Part shown: positions 12,901 through 26,177 of the stretch, piece after piece
How the letters are laid out: each line of letters begins with the position of its first letter
Position numbering within the stretch: position 1 is the first letter of the stretch
Source of the DNA: Auanema rhodensis
Lineage: Eukaryota; Animalia; Nematoda
Assembly (NCBI GenBank): GCA_964057225.1
Contig: OZ059900.1
Span: 21,576,001-21,640,000 of the forward strand
Length of the DNA: 64,000 bases
Direction: 5' to 3'
The notes under the pieces: model-generated
The model's database searches: none
Told to the model about the DNA's origin: nothing
Seen by the model: the letters and a program-made list of their open reading frames with translations, nothing else
Translations under genes and position numbers: made by a program

Positions 12901-15419
12901 ATGAGAAATATTTTATTATACTGGAAAACGAGTTTTTGGAAATTTCGCTGTAAACAAGGTTTTGACTTACGATTTCATGTGTTCAAACTCATGCAATGTC
13001 AATGAAACCTAGCTCAAAATTGTTCCTACAACGTCTAGTTCCACTTTCACGACAAAAAAACAGGGGTTAGAAAATTAAGGAAATTAGCATATTCTGAGGG
13101 CACGCCCCTTATGGCTAATATTGATTAAATCGATTTTTGTTCATATGAGTCGTCAAATGCAATTAATTTCAGCGTGTTACATACTTAAATGAAGCATTTT
13201 ACATGCTGAACACTAGAAAAATACAAAAACACAGTATTTCCCATGAGAAATATTTTATTATACTGGAAACCAGTTTTTGGAATTTTCGCTGTAAACAAGG
13301 TTTTGACTTACGATTTCATGTGTTCAAACTCATGCAATGTCAATGAAACCTAGCTCAAAACTGTTCGTACAACGTCTAGTTCCACTTTCACGACAAAAAA
13401 ACAGGGGTTAGAAAATTTAGGAAATTAGCATATTCTGAGGGCACGCCCCTTATGGCTAATATTGATTAAATCGATTTTTGTTCATATGAGTCGTCAAATG
13501 CAACGAATTTCAGCGTGTTACATACTAAAATGAAGCATTTTACATGCTGAACACTAGAAAAATACAAAAACACAGTTTTTCCCATGAGAAATATTTTATT
13601 ATGCTGGAAAACCAGTTTTTGGAAATTTCGCTGTAAACAAGGTTTTGACTTACGATTTCATGTGTTCAAACTCATGCAATGTCAATGAAACCTAGCTCAA
13701 AATTGTTCGTACAACGTCTAGTTCCACTTTCACGACAAAAAAACAGGGGTTAGAAAATTTAGGAAATTAGCATATTCTGAGGGCACGCCCCTTATGGCTA
13801 ATATTGATTAAATCGATTTTTGTTCATATGAGTCGTCAAATGCAACGAATTTCATCGTGTTACATACTAAAATGAAGTATTTTACATGCTGAACACTAGA
13901 AAAATACAAAAACACAGTATTTCCCATGAGAAATATTTTATTATGCTGGAAAACCAGTTTTTGGAAGTTTCGCTGTAAACAAGGTTTTGACTTACGATTT
14001 CATGTGTTCAAACTCATGCAATGTCAATGAAACCTAGCTCAAAATTGTTCCTACAACGTCTAATTCCACTTTCACGACAAAAAAACAGGGGTTAGAAAAT
14101 TAAGGAAATTAGCATATTCTGAGGGCACGCCCCTTATGGCTAATATTGATTAAATCGATTTTTGTTCATATGAGTCGTCAAATGCAACGAATTTCAGCGT
14201 GTTACATACTAAAATGAAGCATTTTACATGCTGAACACTATAAAAATACAAAAACACAGTATTTCCCATGAGAAATATTTTATTATGCTGGAAAACCAGT
14301 TTTTGGAAATTTCGCTGTAAACAAGGTTTTGACTTACGATTTCATGTGTTCAAACTCATGCAATGTCAATGAAACCTAGCTCAAAATTGTTCCTACAACG
14401 TCTAGTTCCACTTTCACGACAAAAAACAGGGGTTAGAAAATTAAGGAAATTAGCATATTCTGAGGGCACGCCCCTTATGGCTAATATTGATTAAATCGAT
14501 TTTTGTTCATATGAGTCGTCAAATGCAACGAATTTCAGCGTGTTACATACTAAAATGAAGCATTTTACATGCTGAACACTAGAAAAATACAAAAACACAG
14601 TATTTCCCATGAGAAATATTTTATTATGCTGGAAAACCAGTTTTTGGAAAGTTCGCTGTAAACAAGGTTTTGACTTACGATTTCATGTGTTCAAACTCAT
14701 GCAATGTCAATGAAACCTAGCTCAAAATTGTTCGTACAACGTCTAGTTCCACTTTCACGACAAAAAAACAGGGGTTAGAAAATTAAGGAAATTAGCATAT
14801 TCTGAGGGCACGCCCCTTATGGCTAATATTGATTAAATCGATTTTTGTTCATATGAGTCGTCAAATGCAATTAATTTCAGCGTGTTACATACTAAAATGA
14901 AGCATTTTACATGCTGAACACTAAAAAAATACAAAAACACAGTATTTCCCATGAGAAATATTTTATTATGCTGGAAAACCAGTTTTTGGAAAGTTCGCTG
15001 TAAACAAGGTTTGACTTACGATTTCATGTGTTCAAACTCATGCAATGTCAATGAAACCTAGCTCAAAATTGTTCGTACAACGTCTAGTTCCACTTTCACG
15101 ACAAAAAAACAGGGGTTAGAAAATTAAGGAAATTAGCATATTCTGAGGGCACGCCCCTTATGGCTAATATTGATTAAATCGATTTTTGTTCATATGAGTC
15201 GTCAAATGCAATTAATTTCAGCGTGTTACATACTAAAATGAAGCATTTTACATGCTGAACACTAAAAAAATACAAAAACACAGTATTTCCCATGAGAAAT
15301 ATTTTATTATGCTGGAAAACGAGTTTTTGGAAATTTCGCTGTAAACAAGGTTTTGACTTACGATTTCATGTGTTCAAACTCATGCAATGTCAATGAAACC
15401 TAGCTCAAAATTGTTCCTA

Positions 15420-18400
15420 CAACGTCTAGTTCCACTTTCACGACAAAAAAACAGGGGTTAGAAAATTAAGGAAATTAGCATATTCTGAGGGCACGCCCCT
15501 TATGGCTAATATTGATTAAATCGATTTTTGTTCATATGAGTCGTCAAATGCAACGAATTTCAGCGTGTTACATACTTAAATGAAGCATTTTACATGCTGA
15601 ACACTAGAAAAATACAAAAACACAGTATTTCCCATGAGAAATATTTTATTATACTGGAAACCAGTTTTTGGAATTTTCGCTGTAAACAAGGTTTTGACTT
15701 ACGATTTCATGTGTTCAAACTCATGCAATGTCAATGAAACCTAGCTCAAAACTGTTCGTACAACGTCTAGTTCCACTTTCACGACAAAAAAACAGGGGTT
15801 AGAAAATTTAGGAAATTAGCATATTCTGAGGGCACGCCCCTTATGGCTAATATTGATTAAATCGATGTTTGTTCATATGAGTCGTCAAATGCAACGAATT
15901 TCAGCGTGTTACATACTAAAATGAAGTATTTTACATGCTGAACACTAGAAGAATACAAAAACACAGTATTTCCCATGAGAAATATTTTATTATGCTGGAA
16001 AACCAGTTTTTGGAAATTTCGCTGTAAACAAGGTTTTGACTTACGATTTCATGTGTTCAAACTGATGCAATGTCAATGAAACCTAGCTCAAAATTGTTTG
16101 TACAACGTCTAGTTCCACTTTCACGACAAAAAAACAGGGGTTAGAAAATTAAGGAAATTAGCATATTCTGAGGGCACGACCCTTATGGCTAATATTGATT
16201 AAATCGATTTTTGTTCATATGAGTCGTCAAATGCAACGAATTTCAGCGTGTTACATACTTAAATGAAGCATTTTACATGCTGAACACTAGAAAAATACAA
16301 AAACACAGTATTTCCCATGAGAAATATTTTATTATACTGGAAACCAGTTTTTGGAATTTTCGCTGTAAACAAGGTTTTGACTTACAATTTCATGTGTTCA
16401 AACTCATGCAATGTCAATGAAACCTAGCTCAAAATTGTTCGTACAACGTCTAGTTCCACTTTCACGACAAAAAAACAGGGGTTAGAAAATTAAGGAAATT
16501 AGCATATTCTGAGGGCACGCCCCTTATGGCTAATATTGATTAAATCGATTTTTGTTCATATGAGTCGTCAAATGCAACGAATTTCAGCGTGTTACATACT
16601 AAAATGAAGCATTTTACATGCTGAACACTAGAAAAATACAAAAACACAGTATTTCCCATGAGAAATATTTTATTATGCTGGAAAACCAGTTTTTGGAAAT
16701 TTCGCTGTAAACAAGGTTTTGACTTACGATTTCATGTGTTCAAACTCATGCAATGTCAATGAAACCTAGCTCAAAATTGTTCGTACAACGTCTAGTTCCA
16801 CTTTCACGACAAAAAAACAGGGGTTAGAAAATTTAGGAAATTAGCATATTCTGAGGGCACGCCCCTTATGGCTAATATTGATTAAATCGATTTTTGTTCA
16901 TATGAGTCGTCAAATGCAACGAATTTCAGCGTGTTACATACTAAAATGAAGTATTTTGCATGCTGAACACTAGAAAAATACAAAAACACAGTATTTCCCA
17001 TGAGAAATATTTTATTATGCTGGAAAACCAGTTTTTGGAAATTTCGCTGTAAACAAGGTTTTGACTTACGATTTCATGTGTTCAAACTCATGCAATGTCA
17101 ATGAAACCTAGCTCAAAATTGTTCGTACAACGTCTAGTTCCACTTTCACGACAAAAAAACAGGGGTTAGAAAATTAAGGAAATTAGCATATTCTGAGGGC
17201 ACGCCCCTTATGGCTAATATTGATTAAATCGATTTTTGTTCATATGAGTCGTCAAATGCAACGAATTTCAGCGTGTTACATACTTAAATGAAGCATTTTA
17301 CATGCTGAACACTAGAAAAATACAAAAACACAGTATTTCCCATGAGAAATATTTTATTATACTGGAAACCAGTTTTTGGAATTTTCGCTGTAAACAAGGT
17401 TTTGACTTACGATTTCATGTGTTCAAACTCATGCAATGTCAATGAAACCTAGCTCAAAACTGTTCGTACAACGTCTAGTTCCACTTTCACGACAAAAAAA
17501 CAGGGGTTAGAAAATTTAGGAAATTAGCATATTCTGAGGGCACGCCCCTTATGGCTAATATTGATTAAATCGATGTTTGTTCATATGAGTCGTCAAATGC
17601 AACGAATTTCAGCGTGTTACATACTAAAATGAAGTATTTTACATGCTGAACACTAGAAGAATACAAAAACACAGTATTTCCCATGAGAAATATTTTATTA
17701 TGCTGGAAAACCAGTTTTTGGAAATTTCGCTGTAAACAAGGTTTTGACTTACGATTTCATGTGTTCAAACTGATGCAATGTCAATGAAACCTAGCTCAAA
17801 ATTGTTTGTACAACGTCTAGTTCCACTTTCACGACAAAAAAACAGGGGTTAGAAAATTAAGGAAATTAGCATATTCTGAGGGCACGACCCTTATGGCTAA
17901 TATTGATTAAATCGATTTTTGTTCATATGAGTCGTCAAATGCAACGAATTTCAGCGTGTTACATACTTAAATGAAGCATTTTACATGCTGAACACTAGAA
18001 AAATACAAAAACACAGTATTTCCCATGAGAAATATTTTATTATACTGGAAACCAGTTTTTGGAATTTTCGCTGTAAACAAGGTTTTGACTTACAATTTCA
18101 TGTGTTCAAACTCATGCAATGTCAATGAAACCTAGCTCAAAATTGTTCGTACAACGTCTAGTTCCACTTTCACGACAAAAAAACAGGGGTTAGAAAATTA
18201 AGGAAATTAGCATATTCTGAGGGCACGCCCCTTATGGCTAATATTGATTAAATCGATTTTTGTTCATATGAGTCGTCAAATGCAACGAATTTCAGCGTGT
18301 TACATACTAAAATGAAGCATTTTACATGCTGAACACTAGAAAAATACAAAAACACAGTATTTCCCATGAGAAATATTTTATTATGCTGGAAAACCAGTTT

Positions 18401-18821
18401 TTGGAAATTTCGCTGTAAACAAGGTTTTGACTTACGATTTCATGTGTTCAAACTCATGCAATGTCAATGAAACCTAGCTCAAAATTGTTCGTACAACGTC
18501 TAGTTCCACTTTCACGACAAAAAAACAGGGGTTAGAAAATTTAGGAAATTAGCATATTCTGAGGGCACGCCCCTTATGGCTAATATTGATTAAATCGATT
18601 TTTGTTCATATGAGTCGTCAAATGCAACGAATTTCAGCGTGTTACATACTAAAATGAAGTATTTTGCATGCTGAACACTAGAAAAATACAAAAACACAGT
18701 ATTTCCCATGAGAAATATTTTATTATGCTGGAAAACCAGTTTTTGGAAATTTCGCTGTAAACAAGGTTTTGACTTACGATTTCATGTGTTCAAACTCATG
18801 CAATGTCAATGAAACCTAGCT
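15420..18821 (+). repeat. 5-mer higher-order tandem duplication (1708-bp unit, 2 copies)
   Basis: Rare variants recur 1708 bp apart: CGATGTTT at 15863/17571 and TGATGCAA at 16063/17771. GAAGAATAC, CACGACCC, TTACAATTT and TTTTGCATG repeat at the same offset. Confidence 0.9.
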
Positions 18822-21800
18822 AAAAATTGTTCCTACAACGTCTAGTTCCACTTTCACGACAAAAAACAGGGGTTAGAAAATTAAGGAAATTAGCATAATC
18901 TGAGGGCACGCCCCTTATGGCTAATATTGATTAAATCGATTTTTGTTCATATGAGTCGTCAAATGCAACGAATTTCAGCGTGTCACATACTTAAATGAAG
19001 CATTTTACATGCTGAACACTAGAAAAATACAAAAACACAGTATTTCCCATGAGAAATATTTTATTATGCTGGAAAACCACTTTTTGGAAATTTCGCTGTA
19101 AACAAGGTTTTGACTTACGATTTCATGTGTTCAAACTCATGCAATGTCAATGAAACCTAGCTCAAAACTGTTCCTACAACGTCTAGTTCCACTTTCACGA
19201 CAAAAAAACAGGGGTTAGAAAATTAAGGAAATTAGCATATTCTGAGGGCACGACCCTTATGGCTAATATTGATTAAATCGATTTTTGTTCATATGAGTCG
19301 TCAAATGCAACGAATTTCAGCGTGTTACATACTAAAATGAAGCATTTTACATGCTGAACACTAAAAAAATACAAAAACACAGTATTTCCCATGAGAAATA
19401 TTTTATTATGCTGGAAAACGAGTTTTTGGAAATTTCGCTGTAAACAAGGTTTTGACTTACGATTTCATGTGTTCAAACTCATGCAATGTCAATGAAACCT
19501 AGCTCAAAATTGTTCCTACAACGTCTAGTTCCACTTTCACGACAAAAAAACAGGGGTTAGAAAATTAAGGAAATTAGCATATTCTGAGGGCACGCCCCTT
19601 ATGGCTAATATTGATTAAATCGATTTTTGTTCATATGAGTCGTCAAATGCAACGAATTTCAGCGTGTTACATACTTAAATGAAGCATTTTACATGCTGAA
19701 CACTAGAAAAATACAAAAACACAGTATTTCCCATGAGAAATATTTTATTATACTGGAAACCAGTTTTTGGAATTTTCGCTGTAAACAAGGTTTTGACTTA
19801 CGATTTCATGTGTTCAAACTCATGCAATGTCAATGAAACCTAGCTCAAAACTGTTCGTACAACGTCTAGTTCCACTTTCACGACAAAAAAACAGGGGTTA
19901 GAAAATTTAGGAAATTAGCATATTCTGAGGGCACGCCCCTTATGGCTAATATTGATTAAATCGATTTTTGTTCATATGAGTCGTCAAATGCAACGAATTT
20001 CAGCGTGTTACATACTAAAATGAAGCATTTTACATGCTGAACACTAGAAAAATACAAAAACACAGTTTTTCCCATGAGAAATATTTTATTATGCTGGAAA
20101 ACCAGTTTTTGGAAATTTCGCTGTAAACAAGGTTTTGACTTACGATTTCATGTGTTCAAACTCATGCAATGTCAATGAAACCTAGCTCAAAACTGTTCGT
20201 ACAACGTCTGGTTCCACTTTCACGACAAAAAAACAGGGGTTAGAAAATTTAGGAAATTAGCATATTCTGAGGGCACGCCCCTTATGGCTAATATTGATTA
20301 AATCGATTTTTGTTCATATGAGTCGTCAAATGCAACGAATTTCAGCGTGTTACATACTAAAATGAAATATTTTACATGCTGAACACTAGAAAAATACAAA
20401 AACACAGTATTTCCCATAAGAAATATTTTATTATGCTGGAAAACCAGTTTTTGGAAATTTCGCTGTAAACAAGGTTTTGACTTACGATTTCATGTGTTCA
20501 AACTCATGCAATGTCAATGAAACCTAGCTCAAAATTGTTCGTACAACGTCTAGTTACACTTTCACGACAAAAAAACAGGGGTTAGAAAATTAAGGAAATT
20601 AGCATATTCTGAGGGCACGCCCCTTATGGCTAATATTGATTAAATCGATGTTTGTTCATATGAGTCGTCAAATGCAACGAATTTCAGCGTGTTACATACT
20701 AAAATGAAGTATTTTACATGCTGAACACTAGAAAAATACAAAAACACAGTATTTCCCATGAGAAATATTTTATTATGCTGGAAAACCAGTTTTTGGAAAT
20801 TTCGCTGTAAACAAGGTTTTGACTTACGATTTCATGTGTTCAAACTCATGCAATGTCAATGAAACCTAGCTCAAAATTGTTTGTACAACGTCTAGTTCCA
20901 CTTTCACGACAAAAAAACAGGGGTTAGAAAATTAAGGAAATTAGCATATTCTGAGGGCACGCCCCTTATGGCTAATATTGATTAAATCGATTTTTGTTCA
21001 TATGAGTAGTCAAATGCAACGAATTTCAGCGTGTTACATACTTAAATGAAGCATTTTACATGCTGAACACTAGAAAAATACAAAAACACAGTATTTCCCA
21101 TGAGAAATATTTTATTATACTGGAAACCAGTTTTTGGAATTTTCGCTGTAAACAAGGTTTTGACTTACAATTTCATGTGTTCAAACTCATGCAATGTCAA
21201 TGAAACCTAGCTCAAAATTGTTCGTACAACGTCTAGTTCCACTTTCACGACAAAAAAACAGGGGTTAGAAAATTAAGGAAATTAGCATATTCTGAGGGCA
21301 CGCCCCTTATGGCTAATATTGATTAAATCGATTTTTGTTCATATGAGTCGTCAAATGCAACGAATTTCAGCGTGTTACATACTAAAATGAAGCATTTTAC
21401 ATGCTGAACACTAGAAAAATACAAAAACACAATATTTCCCATGAGAAATATTTTATTATGCTGGAAAACCAGTTTTTGGAAATTTCGCTGTAAACAAGGT
21501 TTTGACTTACGATTTCATGTGTTCAAACTCATGCAATGTCAATGAAACCTAGCTCAAAATTGTTCGTACAACGTCTAGTTCCACTTTCACGACAAAAAAA
21601 CAGGGGTTAGAAAATTTAGGAAATTAGCATATTCTGAGGGCACGCCCCTTATGGCTAATATTGATTAAATCGATTTTTGTTCATATGAGTCGTCAAATGC
21701 AACGAATTTCAGCGTGTTACATACTAAAATGAAGTATTTTGCATGCTGAACACTAGAAAAATACAAAAACACAGTATTTCCCATGAGAAATATTTTATTA

Positions 21801-23355
21801 TGCTGGAAAACCAGTTTTTGGAAATTTCGCTGTAAACAAGGTTTTGACTTACGATTTCATGTGTTCAAACTCATGCAATGTCAATGAAACCTAGCTAAAA
21901 ATTGTTCCTACAACGTCTAGTTCCACTTTCACGACAAAAAACAGGGGTTAGAAAATTAAGGAAATTAGCATAATCTGAGGGCACGCCCCTTATGGCTAAT
22001 ATTGATTAAATCGATTTTTGTTCATATGAGTCGTCAAATGCAACGAATTTCAGCGTGTCACATACTTAAATGAAGCATTTTACATGCTGAACACTAGAAA
22101 AATACAAAAACACAGTATTTCCCATGAGAAATATTTTATTATGCTGGAAAACCACTTTTTGGAAATTTCGCTGTAAACAAGGTTTTGACTTACGATTTCA
22201 TGTGTTCAAACTCATGCAATGTCAATGAAACCTAGCTCAAAACTGTTCCTACAACGTCTAGTTCCACTTTCACGACAAAAAAACAGGGGTTAGAAAATTA
22301 AGGAAATTAGCATATTCTGAGGGCACGACCCTTATGGCTAATATTGATTAAATCGATTTTTGTTCATATGAGTCGTCAAATGCAACGAATTTCAGCGTGT
22401 TACATACTAAAATGAAGCATTTTACATGCTGAACACCATAAAAATACAAAAACACAGTATTTCCCATGAGAAATATTTTATTATGCTGGAAAACCAGTTT
22501 TTGGAAGTTTCGCTGTAAACAAGGTTTTGACTTACGATTTCATGTGTTCAAACTCATGCAATGTCAATGAAACCTAGCTCAAAATTGTTCCTACAACGTC
22601 TAATTCCACTTTCACGACAAAAAAACAGGGGTTAGAAAATTAAGGAAATTAGCATATTCTGAGGGCACGCCCCTTATGGCTAATATTGATTAAATCGATT
22701 TTTGTTCATATGAGTCGTCAAATGCAACGAATTTCAGCGTGTTACATACTAAAATGAAGCATTTTACATGCTGAACACTATAAAAATACAAAAACACAGT
22801 ATTTCCCATGAGAAATATTTTATTATGCTGGAAAACCAGTTTTTGGAAATTTCGCGGTAAACAAGGTTTTGACTTACGATTTCATGTGTTCAAACTCATG
22901 CAATGTCAATGAAACCTAGCTCAAAATTGTTCCTACAACGTCTAGTTCCACTTTCACGACAAAAAACAGGGGTTAGAAAATTAAGGAAATTAGCATATTC
23001 TGAGGGCACGCCCCTTATGGCTAATATTGATTAAATCGATTTTTGTTCATATGAGTCGTCAAATGCAACGAATTTCAGCGTGTTACATACTAAAATGAAG
23101 CATTTTACATGCTGAACACTAGAAAACTACAAAAACACAGTATTTCCCATGAGAAATATTTTATTATGCTGGAAAACCAGTTTTTGGAAATTTCGCTGTA
23201 AACAAGGTTTTGACTTACGATTTCATGTGTTCAAACTCATGCAATGTCAATGAAACCTAGCTCAAAATTGTTCCTACAACGTCTAGTTCCACTTTCACGA
23301 CAACAAAACAGGGGTTAGAAAATTAAGGAAATTAGCATATTCTGAGGGCACGCCC

Positions 23356-26177
23356 CTTATGGCTAATATTGATTAAATCGATTTTTGTTCATATGAGTCG
23401 TCAAATGCAACGAATTTCAGCGTGTTACATACTAAAATGAAGCATTTCACATGCTGAACACTAGAAAAATACAAAAACACAGTATTTCCCATAAGAAATA
23501 TTTTATTATGCTGGAAAACCAGTTTTTGGAAAGTTCGCTGTAAACAAGGTTTTGACTTACGATTTCATGTGTTCAAACTCATGCAATGTCAATGAAACCT
23601 AGCTCAAAATTGTTCCTACAACGTCTAGTTCCACTTTCACGACAACAAAACAGGGGTTAGAAAATTAAGGAAATTAGCATATTCTGAGGGCACGCCCTTT
23701 ATGGCTAATATTGATTAAATCGATTTTTGTTCATATGAGTCGTCAAATGCAACGAATTTCAGCGTGTTACATACTAAAATGAAACATTTTACATGCTGAA
23801 CACTATAAAAATACAAAAACACAGTATTTCCCATGAGAAATATTTTATTATGCTGGAAAACCAGTTTTTGGAAATTTCGCTGTAAACAAGGTTTTGACTT
23901 ACGATTTCATGTGTTCAAACTCATGCAATGTCAATGAAACCTAGCTCAAAATTGTTCCTACAACGTCTAGTTCCACTTTCACGACAAAAAAACAGGGGTT
24001 AGAAAATTAAGGAAATTAGCATATTCTGAGGGCACGCCCCTTATGGCTAATATTGATTAAATCGATTTTTGTTCATATGAGTCGTCAAATGAAACGAATT
24101 TCAGCGTGTTACATACTAAAATGAAGCATTTTACATGCTGAACACTAGAAAAATACAAAAACACAGTATTTCCCATGAGAAATATTTTATTATGCTGGAA
24201 AACCAGTTTTTGGAAATTTCGCTGTAAACATGGTTTTGACTTACGATTTCATGTGTTCAAACTCATGCAATGTCAATGAAACCTAGCTCAAAATTGTTCC
24301 TACAACGTCTAGTTCCACTTTCACGACAACAAAACAGGGGTTAGAAAATTAAGGAAATTAGCATATTCTGAGGGCACGCCCCTTATGGCTAATATTGATT
24401 AAATCGATTTTTGTTCATATGAGTCGTCAAATGCAACGAATTTCAGCGTGTTACATACTAAAATGAAGCATTTCACATGCTGAACACTAGAAAAATACAA
24501 AAACACAGTATTTCCCATGAGAAATATTTTATTATGCTGGAAAACCAGTTTTTGGAAATTTCGCTGTAAACAAGGTTTTGACTTACGATTTCATGTGTTC
24601 AAACTCATGCAATGTCAATGAAACCTAGCTCAAAATTGTTATTACAACGTCTAGTTCCACTTTCACGACAAAAAAACAGGGGTTAGAAAATTAAGGAAAT
24701 TAGCATATTCTGAGGGCACGCCTCTTATGGCTAATATTGATTAAATCGATTTTTGTTCATATGAGTCGTCAAATGCAACGAATTTCAGCGTGTTACATAC
24801 TAAAATGAAGCATTTCACATGCTGAACACTAGAAAAATACAAAAACACAGTATTTCCCATAAGAAATATTTTATTATGCTGGAAAACCAGTTTTTGGAAA
24901 GTTCGCTGTAAACAAGGTTTTGACTTACGATTTCATGTGTTCAAACTCATGCAATGTCAATGAAACCTAGCTCAAAATTGTTCCTACAACGTCTAGTTCC
25001 ACTTTCACGACAACAAAACAGGGGTTAGAAAATTAAGGAAATTAGCATATTCTGAGGGCACGCCCTTTATGGCTAATATTGATTAAATCGATTTTTGTTC
25101 ATATGAGTCGTCAAATGCAACGAATTTCAGCGTGTTACATACTAAAATGAAACATTTTACATGCTGAACACTATAAAAATACAAAAACACAGTATTTCCC
25201 ATGAGAAATATTTTATTATGCTGGAAAACCAGTTTTTGGAAATTTCGCTGTAAACAAGGTTTTGACTTACGATTTCATGTGTTCAAACTCATGCAATGTC
25301 AATGAAACCTAGCTCAAAATTGTTCCTACAACGTCTAGTTCCACTTTCACGACAAAAAAACAGGGGTTAGAAAATTAAGGAAATTAGCATATTCTGAGGG
25401 CACGCCCCTTATGGCTAATATTGATTAAATCGATTTTTGTTCATATGAGTCGTCAAATGAAACGAATTTCAGCGTGTTACATACTAAAATGAAGCATTTT
25501 ACATGCTGAACACTAGAAAAATACAAAAACACAGTATTTCCCATGAGAAATATTTTATTATGCTGGAAAACCAGTTTTTGGAAATTTCGCTGTAAACATG
25601 GTTTTGACTTACGATTTCATGTGTTCAAACTCATGCAATGTCAATGAAACCTAGCTCAAAATTGTTCCTACAACGTCTAGTTCCACTTTCACGACAACAA
25701 AACAGGGGTTAGAAAATTAAGGAAATTAGCATATTCTGAGGGCACGCCCCTTATGGCTAATATTGATTAAATCGATTTTTGTTCATATGAGTCGTCAAAT
25801 GCAACGAATTTCAGCGTGTTACATACTAAAATGAAGCATTTCACATGCTGAACACTAGAAAAATACAAAAACACAGTATTTCCCATGAGAAATATTTTAT
25901 TATGCTGGAAAACCAGTTTTTGGAAATTTCGCTGTAAACAAGGTTTTGACTTACGATTTCATGTGTTCAAACTCATGCAATGTCAATGAAACCTAGCTCA
26001 AAATTGTTATTACAACGTCTAGTTCCACTTTCACGACAAAAAAACAGGGGTTAGAAAATTAAGGAAATTAGCATATTCTGAGGGCACGCCTCTTATGGCT
26101 AATATTGATTAAATCGATTTTTGTTCATATGAGTCGTCAAATGCAACGAATTTCAGCGTGTTACATACTAAAATGAA
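23356..26177 (+). repeat. 4-mer higher-order tandem duplication (1368-bp unit, 2 copies)
   Basis: The AAACATGG variant occurs at 24231 and 25599. CCCATAAG+AAAGTTCG and CCCTTTAT variants repeat at the same offset. Confidence 0.9.
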
